Shown here in pieces: positions 38,738-48,068 of a DNA stretch of 64,000 nt. Position 1 is the first letter of the stretch; every line of letters starts with the position of its first letter. This stretch comes from Caldilineales bacterium (lineage in GTDB: Bacteria > Chloroflexota > Anaerolineae > J102), in assembly GCA_037443945.1 (NCBI GenBank), contig JBBINH010000002.1, forward strand, positions 33,644-97,643, given 5' to 3'. Made by a program: the position numbers and the translations under genes. The notes under the pieces are model-generated. The model had not been told where the DNA came from and did not search any database. It worked only from the letters and a program-made list of their open reading frames with translations.

Positions 38738-41700
38738 TTGCGTCTGTTCCTGGGTATCCGTCCGATGTCCCCCTCTCGTTCGTCGCGACGCCTGGTTTTC
38801 CTTTTCCTTGCCATCGGGTTGATCGTGGTGGTGATCGGTGGGGTTGGCCTGCTTTGGTGGCGGTGGTGGCGCCCGCCATCCCCTGTCCCCTCACCCACCG
38901 CTATCGTAACGACCACACCGACGCCGGCTATGCCATCCACACCGACGCCGACCCTAACGCCCACGCCGACGCCGGTAGCGACCGAAGTTGCTGCTCAGGT
39001 GGTGTTTGGCTCGCTGCAGCCGGGGGTGTACGAGGCCTATGATCATCTCAGTCGCGAGCCCGAACTGCGCGGGGGCACCCTGGAATTTCGTTGGAACCAG
39101 GTCGAACCTCTCCAGAACGGCTATAACTGGTCGGTCCTGGACCGGGCCTTGGCGCAACTTCCGACCGGACGCCGCGCCATCCTGCGCCTGATGGTGCGTT
39201 GCAACGAGGGCAACAACGAGGTCTGCACGCCGGATTGGGCGCTGCGCGACGAGTTCCGTCCCATCGTTGCCGCCGTGCCCCCGGCTTGTGGTCTAAGCGC
39301 AAGCACGCGAAAGCACTTGAACTATCTGGACGAGGGTGTCCAGCGCGAGCTTTTGGAGCTGATCCGCCTGTTGGGCCAACGGTACAATGCCGATCCGCGG
39401 GTGACGGCCGTGGAAGTCGGCGTGGGTTATAACGGTGAATCGTCGCCGTGGCCGTTGACCACGCTCTGCGACAAGGAGGCCCAACGCAGCGCTTACGAGG
39501 CCGCCTACGGCCCTACAGGACCGCGACAATGGGCGGATTGGCATCTCCGCCAGCTAGAGGCCTATACGGCCGCTTTCCCGGATCAGACGTTGCTCACCAT
39601 CATCACCGGGGATTACGCCGAGGCCGAGCGCTGGCGGGTGGTGCAGTGGGCCGTGGAGCACGGGGTGGGGCTGATGGTGACCTCGCTGGTGGCCGACTAT
39701 CATAGCAATCGCGGCAAAAGCGGCGATTTTTGTTTTTGGGGTGCCATCACGCGGCCGAGAGCAGCTCCCAGCGCCACCCTGGCCAATGCCTACCTCACCC
39801 AATGGGCGGCCTTGGACCACGTGTGGGAACAGGTCCCTATCGGTTTTGAGTTCAATAACGCCTCAAGCTTGATCGGCCTCGGTATCGAGGCCCACACCTG
39901 GTGGTCGGCCCTTAATGCTCTGGACAAACATGCCGATATCATCGAACCGTTTCGGGCCAACACCCGCCAAACTGCGGTTTGGCGTTTTGTCAATGCCTAC
40001 ATCGGCCAGACGGCCGGCACCACACCGGCGGTCTGGATTGTTTTCCGCAGCAGCAATCCCGCTCTGCCTGACGCCCAATGCGGCGATCTGTTCGATTACT
40101 CGTTTTTCCTCATCCATGAATTGGAGAGGCTGGGGTACGATACCCTCCTGCAGCAACAAAGCGTGCGTCGGGCCGATGCCTTGACACGACGTTTCCAGAT
40201 CGGCCCGGCTACCGATTGGCGCGGGGCTTATGCTCGTGAAACGGCCGACGGATGGCCGGTTTTCAACCTCGATGTCGATGATACGTTCAGCAGGCGCCTC
40301 GGCGGTGCGGTTGAGGTCGTCGTCACCTATTTCGATCATGCCAACGGCGGGCGTTGGGCGCTCGATTACGATAGCCTCACCGGTCCGCGTCGGGCCGGTG
40401 AAGTCGTGCTGACGGGGACCAACACCTGGCGAGAGCAGGTTTTCCGGTTGAACGATGTCCGCTTCGGCAACGGTTTGCCCAAAATGCAGGCCGATAGCCG
40501 TCGGACGGGTTTTGATCTGCGTCTGGACCGGGTGGACGGAACGAACGATAGCTTCCATCGGGTCCTGGTGCGGCCTGTGGGGACGATTCCCCTGATGAGC
40601 CCCACACCACGACCAGGCCGGACACCAACGCCTTCTGCCCCCACACCGACGCCGCAGTCGCCTTTCTACTTTCGCTTCCGACAGGGGATCGACGAGTACC
40701 GAGGCGTGCGCGATACGTTTATCGAGGCCTTTCAGCCCGACGTTGCGCGTGCCAACGAGCCGCTGTTGGGCGTGCGACCTCTCGACCGAGCTGCTGCCTT
40801 GCTGTATTTCGACCTCGGTCGTCTTCCTCCGGATGCCCTTGTCCATCGGGCCTATCTCTATCTGACGCGGCTGGCGCCGGCCGATCAAACCGTCACCCTG
40901 ACCCTCTATCGGTTGTTGCGGTCCTGGAGCGAGATGGCGACCTTCCGCCAGGCCGATACCGACAGCCCCTGGGAGCAGCCGGGTGCTCTCGGCCTGAGCG
41001 ATGCCGCTTCCAACCCCGTGGCCGGGCCGCTACCGGTTGCCCCCGGCGCCGTGGCCCGCTTCGATGTGACCGCCCTGGTCCAGAGTTGGATCGCCGATCC
41101 GATGCTCAATCAGGGCCTGATCGTGCGGGGTGACAGCAACGTTGCGCGACGATACGAGTTTGCCAGCAGCGAAAACCCTACACCGGTTTGGCGGCCGTAT
41201 CTGGAAATCCTTCTAGAAACGCCGACGCCCACGCCAACCCGCACGCCCACCCCGACGCCCACCCCGACTGCCACGCCTACGGCCACAGCCACGCGTACGC
41301 CGACCTCGACCCGCACGCCCACATCCACCCCGACCCCCACCCCCAGTCCCACCGCTACGCCGACGCCGACCCCCACACCGGCCGTACGCCTGCGCGAGGA
41401 GACGGTCTTGCGTCGCGGGCCTGGCTTCAATTTCGATGGACTCGCCACGGCAGCTGCCGACACCGTCCTTCCGCTGCTGGGACGCAGCGCCGACGGCGAT
41501 TGGCTGGCCGTCTGTTGCGTAGGAACCGATCCGGCCTGGGTACCCGGCATGAATGCCGAGGTGTTGCACATCACAACGGAGGCTTTGCCCATCATTAGCT
41601 CGCCACCGACGCCCACACCGACGCCTACGCATACACCGACCCCCACACCCTCGCCGACACCGTCACCGACGGCCACCGCAACGGCGACGCCCACGCCCAC

Positions 41701-43714
41701 GCCGACAGCCACCCCTACGCCCACGCCCACACCCACCGCCACGATAACCCCCACGCCGACGGCTGTGGTACCGGCCTGTCTGCCGTTTCGCCTGTTCGTG
41801 CTCGATATCGGCACCCAACCCAAAGGCGTGGCCGTGGGTAGCCTGGCCGATGGTACCGTCGTGACCGGCATCGGTCTGTACGAAAGCGCTGCTTTGGCTC
41901 TGGTCGTCGGCGATGAGGTCCGCATGATACCCACCGACGGTCGGGGCGCCAACGGTGTGGCGTTTGCCAACGGGCGGTTTTACATGGTCCATCGCGATAG
42001 CCGCAGCGTCAGCATCATCGACCCGGTGGCAGGCCGACAGGTGGGCCGTCTTCCGACGGGTCGGGAACCGTGGGGCGCGGCCGCCACTGCCGACAGGCTC
42101 TATGTGGCCGATTTTGCCGACGACACGGTGAGCGTCTTTGACCTGAATGACGAACAGCTCGTGGTCAGGGTGCCGGTCGCTCCGCTACCGGCCTTTGTGG
42201 CGGCAGCAGCCGATCGGGCGTTCGTGGCCCATCTCGGCGGTCAGATCAGTGTCATCGGTCCGGAGGGCGAGGTGCTTGCCGTTTTCGGACCCCTTATCGG
42301 CGGCGATGCGTTCGGTCTGGCCTACGACGCCGTCCACGATCGGCTGTGGGCGGGAAGCCGTCAGGCGCGCAGCCTGTTGGCCCTCGACGCCAGAACGGGC
42401 GTTGTTCAGGCCCGCTATCTTCTCCCGGCCGCACCGTATGCCGTGGCCTATAATCCGGCGACCGATCAGGTGTTGGCCGTGGATGCCGTTCACAATCGGC
42501 TGATGATCGTCCAGGCAGCCGACGGCGAGCTGCTAGGCCTCTTGCCGCTCAGCACCCAGGGTAGCGATCACGGCGGCCAGGGGCTGGCCGTATCCGCCAA
42601 CCGGATTTTCGTCCCCGCTTTTGCAGCAGGAGCGCTGGACGGTTTCGACGGTGGACCGTGTGTCACACCGACGCCAACGCCGACATCCACTCCTACCCCC
42701 ACGCGCACGCCGACCCCCACACGCACCCCGCGCGTGCGCACGCCGACCCCCACACGCACATCGACTCCGACACCGACCATCACGCCTACGGTTACACCGA
42801 CGGCCACACCCACGCCGACATCGACGCCAACCGTCACAGCGACGCCGACGGCCACGTTTACGCCGAGCCCCACACCCACGCCGACGCCGGCCACGCTTAT
42901 CGCCAAGATTCAAATCGTCTGGCCTCACGGCGGTGCTGCCGTGACCGAGGCCGAGCGGGCGAACATCACCGTCCATCTCTACGAAGACGAGGCTCTGAAC
43001 CCGGTGGTGTGTGACTTCGCCGCCACGGTGCGGTTATGGGCGGCGCGCAACAATGAACCGGCACGTCCCGTTGCCGTCGGTCAGCCTCGTCTGACCGAGC
43101 AGGACGGTCGGCGCTTTACCGTCTGGGATTTCAACGACATCGATGTCGCTGCAGCCCGCGATCCCCGCACTAAACTTCACTTCTTCGTGACCGTGGATGG
43201 CTTCGAGACGCGACACAACGTCTGGACCCATGGCGCCGATGCTCGTACCCTGGCACCTGTCCAGGATATCCCCACCGCCGTGTTGACGACGCTGCCCTCT
43301 GCCCTTGACGCACGCATCGAGATCGTCTGGCCTCACGGTGGCCGAGCGGTAAGCGAAGCTCGACTGGCCAATATCACCGTCTATCTCTTCCGCCGGGATA
43401 CCCTGGAAGCCCTGGGGCCTTCGGTGCGGCCGTTGCCGACGGTCCGTCTGCACAGGGCGCACAACAACGAGCCGGACGGCGGCCGCGCGGCGGCGCCGAT
43501 CGGTATCCCCCGGACCATCACGGCCCAGGGTCGGACCTGGCTGGTCTGGGATTTCAACGATGTGGATGTGGCTGCGGCCAACGATCCGCAGAATCGTATC
43601 TATTTCTGGGTGGATACGGATGAAGTGCCGACGGCGACGAACATCTGGACCCATGGCGTGCTCGGCCTCACGCGGGCGCCGATACAGGATGTGCCGGCCC
43701 GCAGTTGTCGGTGA
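38738..43714 (+). CDS. giant secreted multidomain protein (1658 aa): GH42-like TIM barrel + beta-sandwich + DNRLRE-like domain + TP linkers + YVTN-type beta-propeller + two tandem C-terminal ~135-aa repeats
   Basis: Signal anchor ([23 protein letters not shown]). '[24 protein letters not shown]' is the barrel signature. It is a paralogue of the 33247..35721 N-terminal region (shared ...YDS(L/T)TGPR... block). '[22 protein letters not shown]' is the DNRLRE-like module. About 7 YVTN-like ~40-aa repeats are present (e.g. [28 protein letters not shown]). The C-terminal duplicated unit is 'I(E/Q)IVWPHGG...ANITV(H/Y)L...WDFND(I/V)DVAAA.DP...(F/Y)F(F/W)V..D...T..N(V/I)WTHG'. The real start may be ATG 38765 (MSPSRSS...). 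Confidence 0.8.
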   Translation: MRLFLGIRPMSPSRSSRRLVFLFLAIGLIVVVIGGVGLLWWRWWRPPSPVPSPTAIVTTTPTPAMPSTPTPTLTPTPTPVATEVAAQVVFGSLQPGVYEAYDHLSREPELRGGTLEFRWNQVEPLQNGYNWSVLDRALAQLPTGRRAILRLMVRCNEGNNEVCTPDWALRDEFRPIVAAVPPACGLSASTRKHLNYLDEGVQRELLELIRLLGQRYNADPRVTAVEVGVGYNGESSPWPLTTLCDKEAQRSAYEAAYGPTGPRQWADWHLRQLEAYTAAFPDQTLLTIITGDYAEAERWRVVQWAVEHGVGLMVTSLVADYHSNRGKSGDFCFWGAITRPRAAPSATLANAYLTQWAALDHVWEQVPIGFEFNNASSLIGLGIEAHTWWSALNALDKHADIIEPFRANTRQTAVWRFVNAYIGQTAGTTPAVWIVFRSSNPALPDAQCGDLFDYSFFLIHELERLGYDTLLQQQSVRRADALTRRFQIGPATDWRGAYARETADGWPVFNLDVDDTFSRRLGGAVEVVVTYFDHANGGRWALDYDSLTGPRRAGEVVLTGTNTWREQVFRLNDVRFGNGLPKMQADSRRTGFDLRLDRVDGTNDSFHRVLVRPVGTIPLMSPTPRPGRTPTPSAPTPTPQSPFYFRFRQGIDEYRGVRDTFIEAFQPDVARANEPLLGVRPLDRAAALLYFDLGRLPPDALVHRAYLYLTRLAPADQTVTLTLYRLLRSWSEMATFRQADTDSPWEQPGALGLSDAASNPVAGPLPVAPGAVARFDVTALVQSWIADPMLNQGLIVRGDSNVARRYEFASSENPTPVWRPYLEILLETPTPTPTRTPTPTPTPTATPTATATRTPTSTRTPTSTPTPTPSPTATPTPTPTPAVRLREETVLRRGPGFNFDGLATAAADTVLPLLGRSADGDWLAVCCVGTDPAWVPGMNAEVLHITTEALPIISSPPTPTPTPTHTPTPTPSPTPSPTATATATPTPTPTATPTPTPTPTATITPTPTAVVPACLPFRLFVLDIGTQPKGVAVGSLADGTVVTGIGLYESAALALVVGDEVRMIPTDGRGANGVAFANGRFYMVHRDSRSVSIIDPVAGRQVGRLPTGREPWGAAATADRLYVADFADDTVSVFDLNDEQLVVRVPVAPLPAFVAAAADRAFVAHLGGQISVIGPEGEVLAVFGPLIGGDAFGLAYDAVHDRLWAGSRQARSLLALDARTGVVQARYLLPAAPYAVAYNPATDQVLAVDAVHNRLMIVQAADGELLGLLPLSTQGSDHGGQGLAVSANRIFVPAFAAGALDGFDGGPCVTPTPTPTSTPTPTRTPTPTRTPRVRTPTPTRTSTPTPTITPTVTPTATPTPTSTPTVTATPTATFTPSPTPTPTPATLIAKIQIVWPHGGAAVTEAERANITVHLYEDEALNPVVCDFAATVRLWAARNNEPARPVAVGQPRLTEQDGRRFTVWDFNDIDVAAARDPRTKLHFFVTVDGFETRHNVWTHGADARTLAPVQDIPTAVLTTLPSALDARIEIVWPHGGRAVSEARLANITVYLFRRDTLEALGPSVRPLPTVRLHRAHNNEPDGGRAAAPIGIPRTITAQGRTWLVWDFNDVDVAAANDPQNRIYFWVDTDEVPTATNIWTHGVLGLTRAPIQDVPARSCR
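38911..38985 (+). repeat. Thr/Pro-linker coding low-complexity repeat
   Basis: Encodes [25 protein letters not shown]. Confidence 0.7.
41218..41384 (+). repeat. Thr/Pro-linker coding low-complexity repeat (ACGCCSACSCCC)n
   Basis: Encodes [54 protein letters not shown]. Confidence 0.85.
41601..41762 (+). repeat. Thr/Pro-linker coding low-complexity repeat
   Basis: Encodes [53 protein letters not shown]. Confidence 0.85.
42663..42897 (+). repeat. Thr/Pro-linker coding low-complexity repeat (longest, ~235 nt)
   Basis: Encodes [77 protein letters not shown]. Confidence 0.85.
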
Positions 43715-43720
43715 ACGGCG

Positions 43721-44908
43721 ATGAGAAGCCAATCCTCCCCAAGCGGGACTGCCGTTTCATCCCTGCCGGCCCGGGCCTCGTGGTGGCGAGCCGAAGGGCT
43801 TTATCTCGCCGGGGTGTCGGTGGCGGCGGCCCTGTTCGTTTTTCTGTACGGTCGCATCGATTACACGGTCGAACCGTATGCCTCGGCCGATCTGTATCAC
43901 TACCGGCAGATAGCCCAGATGGCACCGAGTCTGCCTGTCGGGGTGCAACGCCCCTTTGCTTTTCGTCTCCTGGGGCCCTATTTGGCCGGCCTCTTGCCGT
44001 GGCCCGATGTCACGGCCTTCTATTGGCTCACCGTAGCGACGGCGTTGGTGTTGGCCGTGGCGACCTATGGGTTCTTACGCAGCCATGCCATTCGCCCGGG
44101 AATAGCCGCCCTGACCACGTTCTTTTTTCTGAGCAATCGCTATCTGTTCGGTTTCAACATCTGGGACTATTTTCAGATCAACGATTTGCTGATCCTGCTT
44201 TGTCTCGTGGGGCTGTTTTGGGCCCTGGAACGGCAACGCTACGGCGTGTTTGCCGTTGTGCTGGCCATAGCCGTGTTGGTTCGGGAGACGGCGTTGTTGC
44301 CGATCCCCGTCGCCTTGGTCTATCTGTGGGAACAGGGCCGTCTGCGGACCGATGTCGTTCGTCTACTGGTGGCCTGTTTGCCGGGATTGGCCTTGTTCGG
44401 GCTGGTGCGCACCATCATCGAGCCGGTCGGCGGTCTGGGTCTGGTGGCGGCGGGATTGCGCTACGCGCCCAAGCTGGCCCAACTGGAACCCCTTTTTCGC
44501 TTGGTGATCAATCCTTTCATCCCCTTCGTTTCGTTGCCGTTGCTTTTCTGGCGCAGTAGCCTGGCCTTTTTCCGCCGACGGCGATATCTGCTCGTGTATC
44601 TGGTCCTTGTTTTCATCAGCACCCTTTTCGGCAGCAACAACGAACGACTGATGGCCCCGGCCTTCCTCGTGTTCTATCTGCTTATGGCCGTGCTCATCCA
44701 GCACCACCTGGCCGAGCGTCTGTGGCCGACGGCGCTATTGCCGGTAGGTGCCGCGTTGACCAGCCTCAGCCACGAGTGGGCGCGCTTTCCCCTACCCGAT
44801 CGCCGCCTCACCATCGGGCTGTCTCTTGGCGCCTTGCTTGTCATCACTCTGGTCGTCTTGCCGACGGCCGTGCATCAGGGTTTCGGAGGGCGAGATGGAG
44901 ACGATTGA
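43721..44908 (+). CDS. polytopic integral membrane protein (about 10-11 TM), possible GT-C-like/DUF2029-type membrane glycosyltransferase
   Basis: Highly hydrophobic, with an aromatic-rich periplasmic-loop pattern. It starts 7 nt after the giant gene and overlaps the downstream gene by 14 nt. I found no soluble catalytic-domain motifs. Confidence 0.6.
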   Translation: MRSQSSPSGTAVSSLPARASWWRAEGLYLAGVSVAAALFVFLYGRIDYTVEPYASADLYHYRQIAQMAPSLPVGVQRPFAFRLLGPYLAGLLPWPDVTAFYWLTVATALVLAVATYGFLRSHAIRPGIAALTTFFFLSNRYLFGFNIWDYFQINDLLILLCLVGLFWALERQRYGVFAVVLAIAVLVRETALLPIPVALVYLWEQGRLRTDVVRLLVACLPGLALFGLVRTIIEPVGGLGLVAAGLRYAPKLAQLEPLFRLVINPFIPFVSLPLLFWRSSLAFFRRRRYLLVYLVLVFISTLFGSNNERLMAPAFLVFYLLMAVLIQHHLAERLWPTALLPVGAALTSLSHEWARFPLPDRRLTIGLSLGALLVITLVVLPTAVHQGFGGRDGDD

Positions 44909-46190
44909 CTTGCTCGTTACCCATATCGGTCAGTTGGTCACCCCACCGGCCGCTCCGGCGGCCCTGCGGGGAGCGGCCATGGCCCGGCTCGACACCGTGG
45001 TCGACGCTGCCCTCGCCGTTCATCGCGGCCGGGTTGTCGCCGTTGGCCCTCGTCTCGCCCTGGAGACGGCTTATCAACCGGCGCAGGTACTCGATGCGGG
45101 CGGAGCCTGTGTTACGCCCGGTTTGGTGGATCCGCATACCCATGCCGTTTGGGCAGGCGAACGTCGGGGAGAATTCGAACAGCGCCTTGCCGGTGCTTCC
45201 TATATGGACATTCTGGCCGCCGGAGGCGGTATCCTCGCTACCGTCGCGGCTACCCGTCGTGCCGATCGCGAGCAGATTGTGGCCGAAACCCTTCCGCGTC
45301 TGCAGACTATGCTTGCCCATGGCACCACCACGGCCGAGATCAAGACCGGTTATGGTCTGACTCTGGAGGACGAGCGCAAGCTCCTCGACGCCATCGCCGT
45401 GCTCGATGCCCGTCAGCCCATGGACCTGGTGCCCACCTTTCTCGGTGCCCATGCCGTACCGCCGGAGTTCCGACACAACCCCGAGGCCTATGTGGATCGG
45501 ATTGTCGAGGAGATGTTGCCCGAGCTCGCCTATCTGGTCTACACCGTCACCGGCGAAGACGGATCGTCCTACCGCCAGCGGGCCGTCCATTTTTGCGATG
45601 TCTTTTGTGAGCGTGGGGTCTTCGATCTGGCGCAAACCCGGCGCATCCTGACCGCAGCCAGGGGCCACGGCCTCGATCTCAAGCTCCATGTGGATGAGTT
45701 TGAACCCATGGGTGGGGTCAGTCTGGCCGTGGAATTGGGGGCGATTTCGGTCGACCACCTCGTGCGTACCGGCGAGGAGGAACTGGCACGACTGGCCGCC
45801 TCCAATACCATCGGTGTGGTCTTGCCCGGCACGCCTTTCGGCCTGGGCCATACCCATTTTGCCCCGGCGCGACGGCTGATCGACTTGGGCGGCGCCGTGG
45901 CCCTGGCCACCGATCTGAATCCCGGTACCACATGGTGCGAGTCAATGCCGATGATGATGGCACTGGCGACCCGCTATATGCGCTTGACTCCGGCCGAGGC
46001 ACTCACGGCAGCCACCCTCAATGCCGCCCACGCCATCGGTCTGGGTCGTTTTATCGGCGCCTTGGCCCCCGGCTATCAGGCCGATTTTGTTCTTTGGGAT
46101 ACCGACGATTATCGTGATTTGACCTATCGCTATGGAGTCAATCTGGTCAAAAGCGTCTATAAACGCGGAAAAGAGGTAATAAAGCGTTAA
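44895..46190 (+). CDS. hutI: imidazolonepropionase-family amidohydrolase (HutI-like)
   Basis: 'PGLVDPHTHAVWAGERRGEFEQRLAGASYMDILAAGGGILATV' closely follows the HutI metal-binding/N-terminal signature. Downstream His/Asp ligands are present (HVDEF, DLNPG). The start is set at METIDLLVTH. Confidence 0.8.
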   Translation: METIDLLVTHIGQLVTPPAAPAALRGAAMARLDTVVDAALAVHRGRVVAVGPRLALETAYQPAQVLDAGGACVTPGLVDPHTHAVWAGERRGEFEQRLAGASYMDILAAGGGILATVAATRRADREQIVAETLPRLQTMLAHGTTTAEIKTGYGLTLEDERKLLDAIAVLDARQPMDLVPTFLGAHAVPPEFRHNPEAYVDRIVEEMLPELAYLVYTVTGEDGSSYRQRAVHFCDVFCERGVFDLAQTRRILTAARGHGLDLKLHVDEFEPMGGVSLAVELGAISVDHLVRTGEEELARLAASNTIGVVLPGTPFGLGHTHFAPARRLIDLGGAVALATDLNPGTTWCESMPMMMALATRYMRLTPAEALTAATLNAAHAIGLGRFIGALAPGYQADFVLWDTDDYRDLTYRYGVNLVKSVYKRGKEVIKR

Positions 46191-46213
46191 GAGTAAAAAC
46201 CCTTATTCGCGCA

Positions 46214-47191
46214 TTAAGAGCGGCTATAGAGATATAATGAACCTTCTTTGCGTTCGCAAACCACTCCGTCGCGCTTGAGAATATCGAGATGACCGATGAC
46301 TTCGCTAATGGCCAGAAAGATGTCGGGATTGCTCAAATTGACAAACAGCGCCTGGGCGATCTCCCATACGGTGCGTGGAGTTGTCGCCACGAAGTCGGCG
46401 ATAGCGGCCAACCGTTGGTCACGGCGTTGCCGTCGTTCGGCCAACAGGCCGGCGATATCGGTGATGACGGCGCCGTGACCGGGTAGGATTTGGCGGATGG
46501 GCAGGGTTTCCAGGCGCTCCAGGGAGTGCCAGTACTCGATCAAAGGCAGACGACGGCAGCCGGTTTCCGGCCGTGGAGGTTCGAGCAGGGCATTCGAGCT
46601 GATATGGGCCAGTAAGTGGTCGGAGCCGAGGAGGAGGCCGTCCTCGGCCCGGTAGAGGGCAATCAGATCGCCGCTATGGCCGGGAAAGGAGAAGACCTGC
46701 CAATCGCTGCCGCCTGCGCGCACGGTCTGCCCTTCGTTGATGCCGCGGTCGACAACGACCTCCTCGGCCCATTGCGGAATAATGCCGTAAAAGGCCTCGA
46801 CCCAACCCCGTTTTGCATCCGGCAGACCGGTCTCTTCCAGGAGGGTGGCCGACCAGGCCAGGGCCGTTTCGACATAGCCCCGAAGGTCGGCCAGCTTGGC
46901 GCAGGCCCTCGGATGGGCCAGGACCGTTCCCCCACCGGCGGCCTGACAGCTACGGGCCAGGCCGAAATGGTCGAGGTGGCTATGGGAGATGATAATTTGC
47001 TCGAGATCGGCAAGCTGCACACCGATTTCGGCCAGTTCGGCCACCAGCCGCTCGCGGCCGGGCGGCCAGTTCAGGCCCGTATCCATAAGGGTGAGCGGTT
47101 CGCCCCACAGCAGATAGGCATGAACATCCCCTACTGGGAAGGGTGTAGGCAAGGTAATTTGCAAAATGCCGGGCGCAATGACGTGAGGCAT
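46214..47191 (-). CDS. MBL-fold metallo-hydrolase
   Basis: The HSHLDHFG motif (HxHxDH) lies in a beta-lactamase-fold context. Confidence 0.8.
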   Translation of the reverse strand: MPHVIAPGILQITLPTPFPVGDVHAYLLWGEPLTLMDTGLNWPPGRERLVAELAEIGVQLADLEQIIISHSHLDHFGLARSCQAAGGGTVLAHPRACAKLADLRGYVETALAWSATLLEETGLPDAKRGWVEAFYGIIPQWAEEVVVDRGINEGQTVRAGGSDWQVFSFPGHSGDLIALYRAEDGLLLGSDHLLAHISSNALLEPPRPETGCRRLPLIEYWHSLERLETLPIRQILPGHGAVITDIAGLLAERRQRRDQRLAAIADFVATTPRTVWEIAQALFVNLSNPDIFLAISEVIGHLDILKRDGVVCERKEGSLYLYSRS

Positions 47192-47204
47192 AGCTCGGGC
47201 AAGA

Positions 47205-48050
47205 TTACCGGTTACCTCTCATCATCTCAAACCAGGCCAAGACATCGTTGAGTACAGGCTCGCGCAATTCGGGCAATTCGTTGTGCAATTCATGCCAGCC
47301 GGGATAGGTGCGCAATGTGACGTTGGGCCCGGCCTGGGCCACGGCGTCGAGGACGGCTTGACGATCGATGGTCGTATCATCGGCAGGAAGGATGACCAGA
47401 ATGGGCAGGCGTACGGTTGCCAGCAGGCGCTGCGCTGCGGTTGCCTTTTGCAGATTAGTGGTCGCAAACCGCACCGTGAATTTTTCGATCCGCAGGGTGT
47501 CCTGGTCATAGGCGCGCTTGGCTTCGGGGTCGTGGCTGAGGCGAAAGTCATCCGAGGCCTTGCTGCGCAGGTACAGCCTCGGTACGATACGCGCCAGAAG
47601 GTAGGCCAGACGGATATTGGCAGCGCTGAGGTCAGGACCGGGACCGTAGCCCGGCGCCGAGAGGACGGCCGCCGTTATGCCGTTTTCGTGGCGGCTGAGA
47701 TAGTGGGTGGCGTACATGGCCCCCAGACTGTGCGCATAAAGGAAAAGAGGCAGGTCGGGGTATGCCTTGCGCGTCGTGTTCACCACCCGGTCAAGGTCAT
47801 CGAGCACATCGTCGAAGGCACGGAAATCTCCGCGTCGACCTTCAGACCGTCCACAGCCGCGCTGATCGGGGCCAAAGACGATGTAACCGTGTTCGCGCAA
47901 CGCTCGGACCAGATGAGGATAACGCCCGGCATGCTCGCCCAGACCATGGACGATGAGCACAACCCCGCGTGGGGCCATCTCCGGGGTCCAGATCCGCACG
48001 AAAAGAGCCAGCCCATCAACCGTGCTTATCGTTGTCTCGCGATAGCCCAT
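47205..48050 (-). CDS. alpha/beta hydrolase (lysophospholipase/monoacylglycerol-lipase-like)
   Basis: 'IVHGLGEHAGRY' and the nucleophile elbow 'AHSLGAM' are present. Confidence 0.8.
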   Translation of the reverse strand: MGYRETTISTVDGLALFVRIWTPEMAPRGVVLIVHGLGEHAGRYPHLVRALREHGYIVFGPDQRGCGRSEGRRGDFRAFDDVLDDLDRVVNTTRKAYPDLPLFLYAHSLGAMYATHYLSRHENGITAAVLSAPGYGPGPDLSAANIRLAYLLARIVPRLYLRSKASDDFRLSHDPEAKRAYDQDTLRIEKFTVRFATTNLQKATAAQRLLATVRLPILVILPADDTTIDRQAVLDAVAQAGPNVTLRTYPGWHELHNELPELREPVLNDVLAWFEMMRGNR

Positions 48051-48068
48051 ATCGCCTCCGATGCACGC

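Noticed and set aside
41110-41970. 286-aa minus ORF, and similar ones (42533..42976, 35035..35526), composed of GVGVGV/RRGRG repeats
   Set aside because: These are the antisense of the ACNCCN Thr/Pro-linker repeats, so they are low-complexity artefacts.
35263-42900. Regularly spaced short repeats that might suggest a CRISPR array
   Set aside because: The repeats are 6-12-nt codon-level reiterations inside coding TP linkers. They are not 25-40-nt direct repeats separated by unique spacers, and there are no cas genes.
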